Of a DNA stretch of 64,000 nucleotides, positions 8,942 to 18,518 are shown in pieces. How positions within the stretch are numbered: the stretch's first letter is position 1; every line of letters starts with the position of its first letter. The DNA comes from Candidatus Thorarchaeota archaeon. GTDB taxonomy: Archaea; Asgardarchaeota; Thorarchaeia; Thorarchaeales; Thorarchaeaceae. Made by a program: the position numbers and the translations under genes. Location: NCBI GenBank assembly GCA_963726195.1, contig CAVSBO010000003.1:531970-595969 (forward strand), given 5' to 3'. Below the pieces are notes generated by a model. It made no database searches and was not told the DNA's origin. It was given only the letters and a program-made list of their open reading frames with translations.

Positions 8942-11293
8942 TCAGGCTACGCCGCTGCTGAATTCGGTACGAGCAATCACCTCGTCCTGAACAAACGGAT
9001 CTAGTTCGATGAAGTATGCACTATACCCTGCCACCCTAACTATCAAGTCTCTGTGCTGGAGAGGGTGAACCTTTGCATCCTCAAGCGTCTCTCGAGAGAG
9101 AACGTTGAACTGGACGTGCAATCCGCCAAGCTTGAAGTAGGCATCGATGAGTCCTATGAAGTTATCACGACCGGCCGCAGATGAAAAGATCTGGGGGCTG
9201 AACTTCATGTTGTACAGGGTTCCATTGTAACATAGGCCATGACCCAACCGGGCCACTGACTTCATGGCGGCAGTGGGACCGTGGACGTCCCTATTGTGAG
9301 CTGGTGAGACTCCATCTGACAGCATTACTCCCGCACGGCGACCGTCGGGCGTAGCTCCCACGGACTCTCCTTGAGGAATATACATCGACACTGAGAATAG
9401 CGCTGCATGATAGGGACCATTGCGGGTTGTCATCCTGCTCTGTACAGATTCGCAAAATGCCTTTCCAATTTCACGAGCTATCATGTCAACACGTTCAATG
9501 TCATTGCCATACTTGTCGGGGTCGTTCTCGAATCGAACCCTCATATCTTCAAAGCCCTCGTAGTTCCTAGAGAGAGCATTCAGAATCTGTTCCATTTTCA
9601 CCTTCTTGGTTTCGAAGACTTGCTTTCTCAAGACTGAAAGTGAATCTGTGGCAATCGCAATACCAACGCCCTGAATTCCTCCAGCGTTGTACTTTGCTCC
9701 GCCCTCCTGCATTGTCCGGCCTGTTTCGACACAGCCCGTGAGGAGAGATGAGATGAAGGAGGTAGGTGCGAGCTTTGCGTGGACTTCGGCGGCAACGCGG
9801 TCCGCCTTGGTGAGAAGATCGACTGTGTAGTCAAGCTGCTTTCTATATGCACCCCAGAGATCGTCATAACTCTTGAAAATGCGAGGATCGCCGGTCTCGA
9901 TTCCTACCATCATGCCGGTCTTTGGGTCCTTGCCGTTGTTCAAAGTGATTTCAAGGACCTTGGCGAAGTTGACGAAACCGATGTTGGGCCTGACGTCTGC
10001 CTCTCCCTCGATTATAGGTTCGACACAACCGAGGATTGAGTAGTCAAAGGTCTCCTTGGTGTCAACGCCCTTCTTCTTCATCATCGGGATAATGACTTCA
10101 TCATTGAACAGACCGGGCATGCCAAGACCCTTTGACACAACTTCAACAACCTTGAGCTTCGCATCCTTGGGCGTCTTGCTGTGCCAGCGGAAGGAGACCG
10201 TGGGCTGCGTGACTCTCATATTCTTCGTTGCCTCGAGGGCAAGATATGTGACCTCGTTGCTTGCATCGTTTCCGCGCTCGTCTTGTCCACCGATTGTCAG
10301 GTTCTGGAACATCGGGTGCCCCGCGAATGCAACGCTATAGTACTCATCTCGAAGCTTGATTAAGGAAGAGAACTTCATCCAGAGCATTTCGACCAGCTCT
10401 AGAGCCTGGTCTCTATTGATTTTTCCCGACTTGACATCCGCAGCATAGTACGGATACACGTATTGATCAAAGCGGCCCGTTGATATCGAGTGGCCATTAC
10501 CTTCGGTCTGAACGAGAAGCTGGACGAACCAGAAGGACTGCAATGCCTCTTGGAAGCTGGATGCAGGCTTCATCGGCACAGTACTACATATCCTTGAGAT
10601 CTCTTGTAGTTCCTTCTTACGTTGTGGGTCTTTTTCTTCATTCGCCATCTTCGCCGCGAGGGTGCTGAATCTTCGAGCAAAGCGGTCGATAGCGTTGATT
10701 TCGATTTCCACAGCATTATAGAATGAGGTCTTCTCAGGATTGTTGCGAGCTTGACTTCGCAGCTTCATCACCTGTCCTAAGACTGATCCGAGACCTGTCT
10801 GGATTACCTTCTTGTAGTCAACAATGACATGTCCTATCCCTGTACCGGGGGCACCAATGGTGAAGAGACCCGCTTGAGCTGCTCGCTGAGATTCCTGGGG
10901 CATGGTCTGAGCACAAATCTCAGCAGTGCTCTTGCCGCGCCAATACTTGAAAACCTCTCGCAGCTTGTCCTTGTCGTCCGGCCCTAGGTCGAACTTCTCT
11001 GTCCGCCTCTTGTCGAATCTGTCTAGCTCCTTTTCAATCCAAGTCCAGCTATACTCAGGGAAAATCTGACAGGACCTTGGGGTAGGACCCATGTTACCGA
11101 CTATCAGCTCACCGGGCTGAATCTGTATGGTCATGTTGTCCAAGACGTAGGCGAATGCCTTCGCCAATCTATCCTTCGTTGGCTCGTTCTCGTGTTGGCG
11201 CAAGTATTGTGTGAATAGGTACGCTCTTTCCGAGGATATGGTCGGGCGAGAGTTGAGCATACGGTCTCGCATCGCCATTGTGCGGGAGGTCAT
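8942..11293 (-). CDS. Glycyl radical enzyme, glycerol/propanediol-dehydratase-like eliminase clade
   Basis: Gly loop LIVRVAGYSAYF; Cys loop GCVEP (single Cys, not the CC of PFL); GIGH, GNGHSISTGRFDQY and FAGHPMFQNL. TATA-like TATATA at ~11317 favours a start at 11293 or 11278. Confidence 0.9.
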   Translation of the reverse strand: MTSRTMAMRDRMLNSRPTISSERAYLFTQYLRQHENEPTKDRLAKAFAYVLDNMTIQIQPGELIVGNMGPTPRSCQIFPEYSWTWIEKELDRFDKRRTEKFDLGPDDKDKLREVFKYWRGKSTAEICAQTMPQESQRAAQAGLFTIGAPGTGIGHVIVDYKKVIQTGLGSVLGQVMKLRSQARNNPEKTSFYNAVEIEINAIDRFARRFSTLAAKMANEEKDPQRKKELQEISRICSTVPMKPASSFQEALQSFWFVQLLVQTEGNGHSISTGRFDQYVYPYYAADVKSGKINRDQALELVEMLWMKFSSLIKLRDEYYSVAFAGHPMFQNLTIGGQDERGNDASNEVTYLALEATKNMRVTQPTVSFRWHSKTPKDAKLKVVEVVSKGLGMPGLFNDEVIIPMMKKKGVDTKETFDYSILGCVEPIIEGEADVRPNIGFVNFAKVLEITLNNGKDPKTGMMVGIETGDPRIFKSYDDLWGAYRKQLDYTVDLLTKADRVAAEVHAKLAPTSFISSLLTGCVETGRTMQEGGAKYNAGGIQGVGIAIATDSLSVLRKQVFETKKVKMEQILNALSRNYEGFEDMRVRFENDPDKYGNDIERVDMIAREIGKAFCESVQSRMTTRNGPYHAALFSVSMYIPQGESVGATPDGRRAGVMLSDGVSPAHNRDVHGPTAAMKSVARLGHGLCYNGTLYNMKFSPQIFSSAAGRDNFIGLIDAYFKLGGLHVQFNVLSRETLEDAKVHPLQHRDLIVRVAGYSAYFIELDPFVQDEVIARTEFSSGVA

Positions 11294-11337
11294 AAGAACC
11301 ATAGGCGCGTGAAGACTATATATCATTCATCATGTGG

Positions 11338-12507
11338 TCATCTGCTCTTCTTGAGCAGCTTGGGCAAGTAAGAGTCGAGGCGCCCCAGAGTATCCTGAAT
11401 CACCTCGGTAGATACTGCATAACACAGTCTCAGGTATCCTTCTCCGTATTTCCCGAACCCTGAACCATGCACCAAGACTACGCCAGTGTCATCAAGAATC
11501 TTCACTGCTAAGTCGAAAGACTTCATCTTGTACGCCGAAACGTCTGGGAAGACATAGAATGCTCCTCCAGGAGGGTCGACCTTGATGCCTTCGATTGACT
11601 GGAGACCTTTTGTGATGACGTCTCTTCGCTTTCTGAACGTATCGAGCATCGTCTTGACACAATCTTGGGGGCCGTTGACCGCGGCCTCGGCAGCTTTCTG
11701 GGAAATCGCTGTCGGCATCGACAGGATGTGCTCCTGCAGTCTGACCATTGCGGCAACTACCTCTTCTGGCCCGATTGCGAAACCTATTCTCCAGCCGGTC
11801 ATCGCATAGCTCTTGGAGAACGAGAAGAGCGTCACAGTCCTTTCCTTCATACCGGGCAGAGAACCAATGAAGAGTGGCTTCTCTGTTCCGTACCGGAACT
11901 TCTCGTATGCTTCGTCAGCAAGCACGAAGATGTTCTTCGCAATTGCCAACTCTGCTATCTTCTTGAGTTCCGAGCTGGGGATCGTGGCTCCAGTTGGGTT
12001 GTTTGGATAGTTGATGACAAGAAGCTTCGTCTTCTTTGTAATGAGTTTCTCAATGTCCTCGGCGCGGACTGCAAAGTCGTTTTCCTTCTTTAGCTGAACA
12101 GGAACTGGAACGCCGCCAGCGAGCATGATGTGAGCATAATGACTAACAAAGCCGGGGTCGGGATAGATGACTTCGTCGCCCGGGTTCACGAGAACAAGAT
12201 TGGCGAGTAAAAGAGAGCCCATGCCACCAGCAGTACAGATAATCTCTTTCTCCGGATTGGCCTCGATTCCATTCTCCTTCTTGGCTTTCTTTGCGAGTGC
12301 TTCCCGAACCTCGATAAGTCCAGCGTTGTGAGTGTATTTGGTGTAGCCATCGTCAATGGCTTTCTTGGCTGCCGCCTTGATGAAGTCAGGCGTGTCAAAG
12401 TCTGGCTGACCCACGGTCAGATCGAGGATGTTCGGGCGGCCTCGCGCCATGTTGTACATCTTGCGGATTTCAGAAGCGGGGACAAGCTTGGTTCTGTCTG
12501 CGAGCAT
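11338..12507 (-). CDS. PLP-dependent aminotransferase class I/II
   Basis: VGQPDFDTP, NYPNNPTGA, DEAYEK, SFSKSYAMTGWRIG. Confidence 0.92.
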   Translation of the reverse strand: MLADRTKLVPASEIRKMYNMARGRPNILDLTVGQPDFDTPDFIKAAAKKAIDDGYTKYTHNAGLIEVREALAKKAKKENGIEANPEKEIICTAGGMGSLLLANLVLVNPGDEVIYPDPGFVSHYAHIMLAGGVPVPVQLKKENDFAVRAEDIEKLITKKTKLLVINYPNNPTGATIPSSELKKIAELAIAKNIFVLADEAYEKFRYGTEKPLFIGSLPGMKERTVTLFSFSKSYAMTGWRIGFAIGPEEVVAAMVRLQEHILSMPTAISQKAAEAAVNGPQDCVKTMLDTFRKRRDVITKGLQSIEGIKVDPPGGAFYVFPDVSAYKMKSFDLAVKILDDTGVVLVHGSGFGKYGEGYLRLCYAVSTEVIQDTLGRLDSYLPKLLKKSR

Positions 12508-12708
12508 GGCTCATACCTACCTAGAATTGATGTGTGAGCCCGCTTTCAACGCCCTCTTAAAGATACTCGATTGTGACACCGAGGACAGGCGGTCTAGGCG
12601 GCCTCTCACAAAGCCTTCATTCCATAGCAGATTTAAGAAAGCCAGTATCACACCGTGCAAAGCGCGAACACATGGTGAAACACTACGGCGTCTCCAACGG
12701 CAGATAAT

Positions 12709-13155
12709 GTGCGAAAAGTTAGCATGGTTACTCTTGCCAGCGCACACGCAATATACGTGGAAGCAGTACGGAAGTCGATGGGAGGGAAAGGCCTCACCAC
12801 CATAGGCGAAGCCAATCGACTTCACGGCATCGAACTCGGAAAAGCGGGCATCAAGGAAGGCGGTCTCCGAAAAGGCGACCTCAAGTCGATTATTGAGTTC
12901 TTCATTGCGGCACATCCGTACTTCGGTTTTGAAATTGAACTTCAGAAAGCAACGGACAAGGAACTCGAGATGAAGGTCACCTACTGCCCTTGGATAGACA
13001 CGTTCAAGGCCGAACATGCGGGACAAGATATCTGTGATTGGGTCACGAAGATGGATGAAGGAATTGGTCAGGCAGTTGACCCCAAGGCGAAGATGACATT
13101 GCCTAAGTGCATGATGCGCGGCGATGAGTACTGTGTGTATCGTTACTCAAAGTGA
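12709..13155 (+). CDS. ATC-hydrolase/V4R-like small ligand-binding protein
   Basis: VTYCPW...CDWV...D...LPKCMMRGDEYCVYRY pattern of the L-2-amino-thiazoline-4-carboxylate hydrolase-like family. Start uncertain. Confidence 0.65.
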   Translation: MRKVSMVTLASAHAIYVEAVRKSMGGKGLTTIGEANRLHGIELGKAGIKEGGLRKGDLKSIIEFFIAAHPYFGFEIELQKATDKELEMKVTYCPWIDTFKAEHAGQDICDWVTKMDEGIGQAVDPKAKMTLPKCMMRGDEYCVYRYSK

Positions 13156-13190
13156 CCAGTATATGATTCATGGTCTTCAGGTGATGACTA

Positions 13191-13856
13191 ATGAGCAAGA
13201 AAGCAAGCATAATTGACCGATGCAAGAAGCTGTACGTGCCTGCGCTTTCCGATGGCGCAGACGAGATTGGACTGCGCAACGTCTGCATGGATAGCAGAAT
13301 TGCACCCGTAACCAAGAATAGGATTGTCGTGGGTTTCGCCAGACCGGCCAAGCTCGTGCCCACAGCCCCTCGAATCCCCTACAATGAAGTTCAATTGGAG
13401 GCTTTCATGAAGATAGCGACCGAGGCCAAGAAGGATGATGTCGTGGTCATCCAGATGTCTGGGGCCACAGACTGCTCAGGTTGGGGTCAGATAATGACCA
13501 AGATTAGCATTTCGCGCGGGCTGCGTGGGGCTGTCGTTGACGGCACGGTAAGAGACGTAGATGAGACGGACAAGCTCGGTTTTGCGGTGTTTGCGAGGGG
13601 TCGTCATCCTGGAACCATGCGGGCAAGGTTAGACATCGAGTCTATTGGCGAGCCGACAGTGTGCGGCGGAGTGACCGTGCATCAGGGAGACCTCCTCTTT
13701 GGAGATGGAGACGGTATTGTTCTGATTCCAGAGAACAGAACAGAAGAGGTCTTGGCAGCGGCTGAACGCGTGGTTGCAACGGACAAGTGGTGGGGGAGTA
13801 TGCTTGACCAAGGCAAGGACCCACAGGAACTTCACAAGCAGAAACCCATCCCTTAG
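13191..13856 (+). CDS. RraA/HMG-aldolase family protein
   Basis: WGQIMT, GAVVDGTVRD, CGGVTVHQGDLLFGDGDGIVLIP. Confidence 0.85.
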   Translation: MSKKASIIDRCKKLYVPALSDGADEIGLRNVCMDSRIAPVTKNRIVVGFARPAKLVPTAPRIPYNEVQLEAFMKIATEAKKDDVVVIQMSGATDCSGWGQIMTKISISRGLRGAVVDGTVRDVDETDKLGFAVFARGRHPGTMRARLDIESIGEPTVCGGVTVHQGDLLFGDGDGIVLIPENRTEEVLAAAERVVATDKWWGSMLDQGKDPQELHKQKPIP

Positions 13857-13991
13857 GACAGTGGACACGTATGGTCTGCAGACTCATCTGATGGGCCTGC
13901 CACTTTCGTCCTCACATGAGAAGAGTACTCCGTTCGTTATGCGGTCACTGAATTAGATGCGAACGACGACTTGCTCTGGCAGAATGGCACC

Positions 13992-15120
13992 CTAGGAGAT
14001 GGGGTAAGTGCCCTTCTTCTCGGCGTAGTCGTACAGGTACACTATCTTCTCGGGTGTAGAGTCATCCTGAATATTGTGGGCCGGCGCCAATATGTAGCCG
14101 CCGCCCGGTGCTAGAGCCTTGAGCCTCTTGTCCACTTCTGCTCGAAGGTCATTCTTTGTACCTTGTGAGGACATTGCATGCTGCAAGTCAATTGCTCCGT
14201 GGAAAGTCAGCCTGCTGCCGTACTTCTTCTTGAGTTCTGCAGAGTCCATACCTTTTGCCAGCGGCTCGAATTGGATTCAGGATGTCAACGCCCACCTCTA
14301 TGAGGTCGTTGATCATCGGTTCTATTGCTCCACAGCTGTGATACAGAATCTTGACATTGGGTGCTCTCCTGTGAATGTCTTGGTATATCCGCACATGTCT
14401 CGGCTTAACCAACCGTCGGTACATGGCCGGACTCATAATGAGCCCATTCTGGTGCCCAAGGTCGTCACCCACTTGCACCACATCTAAGTACTCTCCAACT
14501 TCGTCCAAGAAGACGCGATTCATCTCCAAAGCTAGGTCCATGCATTTGCCCATCATAGCCTCAGCGAGCTTCGTGTGCTCGACCAAGTCTACAAGAAACT
14601 TATCGAAGCCTCTCATGAAATGAGCACACATCTCGAAGACACCCCAAGGACCCCCGACCATACCGACAACTGCATACTCACCTTTCTCGTGCAGCTGCTT
14701 GGCCCATTCGACCACACCTTCCATTCTTGATGGATCGTCAGGGTCCATCCATTCGTACTCTTCTATCTGCTCGACTTCTGTGGCGTCTGCCCAAGGGTAG
14801 TACACGACCTCCCAGTACGGGCCATACCATTTTCCTCGGAAACCCATCTCACTATCCGTCGAGCCGTCCGGATAGGTCTTCGACTTGAAGGACGATGCTT
14901 CGTTCATATAGACACGTCTGAAATCCAAGTGGAGTCGGCGCAGCATTTCCTCAGATATCTTCCAAGAACTCATTATGCCCCATTCTTGGGTCTCAGGGGC
15001 CGTAATCTTGAGATAGTCGCGGACTTTCGCATACGCGGCTGGGGTGATCCAGAAGTCCAATGGAACCCTGTCCGGTTCCTCATGGTCGACTATCTTGTAG
15101 TATCTCTCTCGAGGCTTCAT
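13992..15120 (-). CDS. Uroporphyrinogen decarboxylase/MtaA-CmuA methyltransferase family protein, frameshifted near 14265
   Basis: HEEPDRVPLD, GDDLG, YHSCG and GVDILNPI, continued by LKKKYG...FHGAID...GGYILAPAHNIQ in ORF 13992-14249. Confidence 0.85.
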
Positions 15121-15275
15121 CAGGAGGACCCGACGGAAATCCACTATTAAAAGAGCTGCATACGAAACAATGCCGTCTTTAACAAGACTATTCCCGCGGA
15201 TTTAATAACTGGGAGTTTTCCTTGCTCGACCAACGTTATCCCATGTAAGGGGAGCATCATCTGGAGAGACATGCG

Positions 15276-16658
15276 ATGGTTGATGTTTCGAAAGTAACGC
15301 AGCTGCTCAAGCAGGCCGTGGATCCGAAACGCGTCACTGACCGGGATTTTGACCTAGTGGCATATAGCAGGGACTTGAGCCCTGCGAGACAGAAGATGGC
15401 CACACATATCGTAATGCCTGAGAGTCGTGACGAGGTTCGCCGGATTCTTCGAGTTGCATCTGACAGCAACGTCCCTGTCTACATTCGGGGAGGAGGCACG
15501 TCACACTGGGATGCTTATCTTCCTCAGGAGCCTGGAATACTCCTGGACATGAGCCTCATGAACCAGATACTCGAAATCAATGATAGAGATTTGACAGCAA
15601 CCGTCCAGCCGAACTGCACTTGGGCGAAGCTAGACGAAGAGCTTAGGAAGAAGGGTCTGACCTATCTTTGCAGCGAAGCGGGCGGCCCGGCAATGACAAT
15701 CGGAGGTTCAGTGATGAAAGCCGGCGGCGGTCCGCACGGCACTGCGAAGTTTGGGTTCCATGGCAATCAGGATGTCATAAGCCTCGAGATGGTATTGCCC
15801 AATGGCGACATCGTAGAAACCGGGTCAGCAGCTTGGCCATCAGCCGGTAAGTTCAAGCGGCAGTGTGTCGGACCCGACCTAGCTGGTCTCTTCATCGGTG
15901 CAGAAGGAATCCTCGGCATATGCACGGAGATTACTCTGAGAATCCGTCCAGCAACTGACATCAAAGAAAGGTTGGTTATGACAATGAAGACCCTTGATGA
16001 TGTCATCGAGTGAGGCCATTTCGTCAACCATTTTGTGGGCGATGAGTATCTTCAAGGCTTCTATCTCTGGGTGGATCCAAATTCACCTGAAACCTTCCTC
16101 GTGATGATGGACATTTTTGGCTACGAGAAAGAAATAGTTGACCACAGGAAAGCACGCATCTTGGAGAAAATCGAAGAGCTAGGAGGAACACTCGGTGACA
16201 GAGCTCCGGCCGATGACTATTATGGAAGAATTCTGACTGGGCTCACCGACATCTTCACTGCCGGTGTCTGGCATTTCTTCGGCTCGGGTTCACTGAGAAT
16301 AGATGACATAAAGTTCCTCTATCGTGTATGGCGCGAGGAGCTCATTGAGAAAAGAGGTTACAAGAAGGCGGGATTTGGAGGCCAGGTGCTTCCGAGAGAT
16401 TGGTTGGCATTCATGGTAACGAACTACAAAGAGCCCGCAGAATGGGACGAAATCATCAAAATCTCGGACGAAATCAATGATATTGTTCTGAACGGGCCCG
16501 TCGCTCCGTACGGAATCGGCGGTCGCGATGGCCTTCGACCGTTCCTTGAGAAACGAGACACCGGATACTACCGTCTACTGAAGACTATCAAGAAAGCGGT
16601 TGATCCGAAGGATATTCTGCAACGCGGCATGTTTATTCGAAAGGAGGATTTGATGTGA
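15276..16658 (+). CDS. FAD-binding oxidoreductase (GlcD/VAO family) with an in-frame TGA at 16011-16013
   Basis: IRGGGTS, LEMVLPNGDIV, FIGAEGILGI and C-terminal IKKAVDPKDILQ. ORFs 15276-16013 and 16035-16658 are in the same frame and separated only by one TGA. Confidence 0.8.
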
Positions 16659-17851
16659 GGATCGAGCAATATCGTGACATGATTTACGCCTGCGGAAGAT
16701 GTGAGTTCTGCCGAGGCACAGAGTTTAGTGATAGGTGTCCGCAGATCTTCACCCAGCGATGGGAGTCTTCGACGGCCCGAGGACGAATGGCCATCGCTCG
16801 CGCTATTCTCGAGGGCAAGCTCGATTATACAAAAGACCTCAGAGAGCGAGTCTTCGGATGTTTTCTATGTGGACGGTGCAGAGAGGAGTGCAAGAAAGCA
16901 GCTAAGATAGACATCGTTGCGATAACGAAAGCCATGCGTGCTGATTTCGTTGACAAGGGAATCGGCGCTCCTGAAGATGGCAGCAAGATGACAAATACGA
17001 TGTCTCAGAAGGGCAACATCTTTGCAGACCCGGCCGCTGAACATACAAAGTGGGCTCAAGGTATCAAGTTCCAAAAAGGATCTGGCACCTTGTTCTTTCC
17101 AGGTTGCCTCGCTAGTCACAGATTCAAAGAGAAGACCCGCATCGTTGTTCAGGTGCTACAGGCGGCTGGTTACAAGCTGGACTTTCTTGGAGATGACCAG
17201 AAGTGCTGCGGCACACCCATGTGGATTACAGGCGATGTCAAGGCGGCAAAGCAATGGGCCCAGGATTACGTCAAGAAGTTGAAGGCACGAGGAGTCAAGG
17301 AGATAATCACGCCATGTCCAAGCTGCTTCAGAGCCTTCGATGAGGAGTACACTCAGCTGCTTGGCTTGAAAGAACCTCCATTCAAGGTGAGACATACTAG
17401 CCAAGTGCTCGAGGAGATTGTGACTCAGAAGCGACTTCCACTGAAGACTAGTGTAGCAAAGGTTGTCACATATCACGACCCGTGTGAAATCGGTCGCTAC
17501 AGGGGAATGTACGACCAAGCTCGGAAAGTACTAACAGCGATTCCGGGCGTTCAGTTCAAGGAAATGTCTCGCATCAGGGAACAAGCGTTCTGCTGTGGCG
17601 GCGGAGGCAGCTTGAAGATAATGTACCCCGATTACTCGCAACAGGTCTCTGAAGAACGGCTGAAGGATGCCCTTCAGACGACTGCTTCTGTCCTTGCGAC
17701 CATATGTCCAGCCTGCGAACTCAATCTGACTCATGCAGCGTACAAAGCTGACGCTCCGCTGCGAGTAGCTGATGTTGCAGAGATTGTTGCGGTATCAGCG
17801 GGGCTAGCAGACAAGGCGATTCTTGAGTCGGACTATGTCTCTGAGGACTGA
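16655..17851 (+). CDS. Fe-S oxidoreductase (CCG-domain, HdrD/GlcF-like)
   Basis: CGRCEFC, CFLCGRC, CCG, CPSC, YHDPCEIGR, CCGGGG, CPAC. GTGA overlap with the upstream gene. Confidence 0.88.
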   Translation: MRIEQYRDMIYACGRCEFCRGTEFSDRCPQIFTQRWESSTARGRMAIARAILEGKLDYTKDLRERVFGCFLCGRCREECKKAAKIDIVAITKAMRADFVDKGIGAPEDGSKMTNTMSQKGNIFADPAAEHTKWAQGIKFQKGSGTLFFPGCLASHRFKEKTRIVVQVLQAAGYKLDFLGDDQKCCGTPMWITGDVKAAKQWAQDYVKKLKARGVKEIITPCPSCFRAFDEEYTQLLGLKEPPFKVRHTSQVLEEIVTQKRLPLKTSVAKVVTYHDPCEIGRYRGMYDQARKVLTAIPGVQFKEMSRIREQAFCCGGGGSLKIMYPDYSQQVSEERLKDALQTTASVLATICPACELNLTHAAYKADAPLRVADVAEIVAVSAGLADKAILESDYVSED

Positions 17852-17944
17852 AGGCGAACGGACCGTCCCCAACTTGTCGCTGAGTGAATCGACAGACCTC
17901 ATGCCAAATGAGCAGATAGAGATGTAAACGAGGACAGGAAGCCA

Positions 17945-18241
17945 CTACCCGCCGACGGCTGCAATCATGAAAACGACGAGGTCTCCATCAGAGAGTTTCG
18001 TCTTCTCCCCCTTGCGTGCCACCATATTCATGCCGTTGACAATCACTATCGTCTCTCTCTTCAGTGTCCTGTTCTCCGTATCGCTCAAGTAGATCCTGAA
18101 CCTCTGAGGTTGGTCCTCATACAGCTCGTCAATTAGGTCTCGTACCGTCGCATCTTGTCCTGTCTCGAAAGGAAACTTGTCATGCTCGGTTGACTTTAAC
18201 CCCTTGGCCATGAGCTTTACGAAGACCTGAGCCATACTCAC
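17945..18241 (-). CDS. MoaD/ThiS/SAMP ubiquitin-like protein
   Basis: TVRDLIDEL, IVNG, LSDGDLVVF and C-terminal AAVGG di-glycine. Confidence 0.85.
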   Translation of the reverse strand: MSMAQVFVKLMAKGLKSTEHDKFPFETGQDATVRDLIDELYEDQPQRFRIYLSDTENRTLKRETIVIVNGMNMVARKGEKTKLSDGDLVVFMIAAVGG

Positions 18242-18518
18242 TCAGCTCCTTCTCTACAGTCCTCTCTCTTCTTAAAGTTTATATTAAGCATTTGGTGAAC
18301 ACTTAACTACCTGTACTGCGCAAGAGCAAGTGAGCAGGACGACTGGAGAACGAGGCAGAACTCCCTCAAGCACGCAATCCTTGCTCGCCTGAGGACGACA
18401 GACTAGCTCGTTTTCCGCCGCGAAATCATCGACATGTGTAGCGGTATGATTTGAATCCACTGAAACTCCTGATGCACATGAGAGGGCCCAACAATAGAAA
18501 CCACGGCGGTGTCACACA

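Noticed and set aside
8942-11293. Calling the GRE pyruvate formate-lyase (pflB)
   Set aside because: It has a single-Cys GCVEP loop, not the adjacent Cys-Cys of true PFL.
17852-17944. SECIS element downstream of the TGA-containing operon
   Set aside because: ATGA and AAA are present, but I could not form the required helix and GA quartet; only two short generic hairpins.
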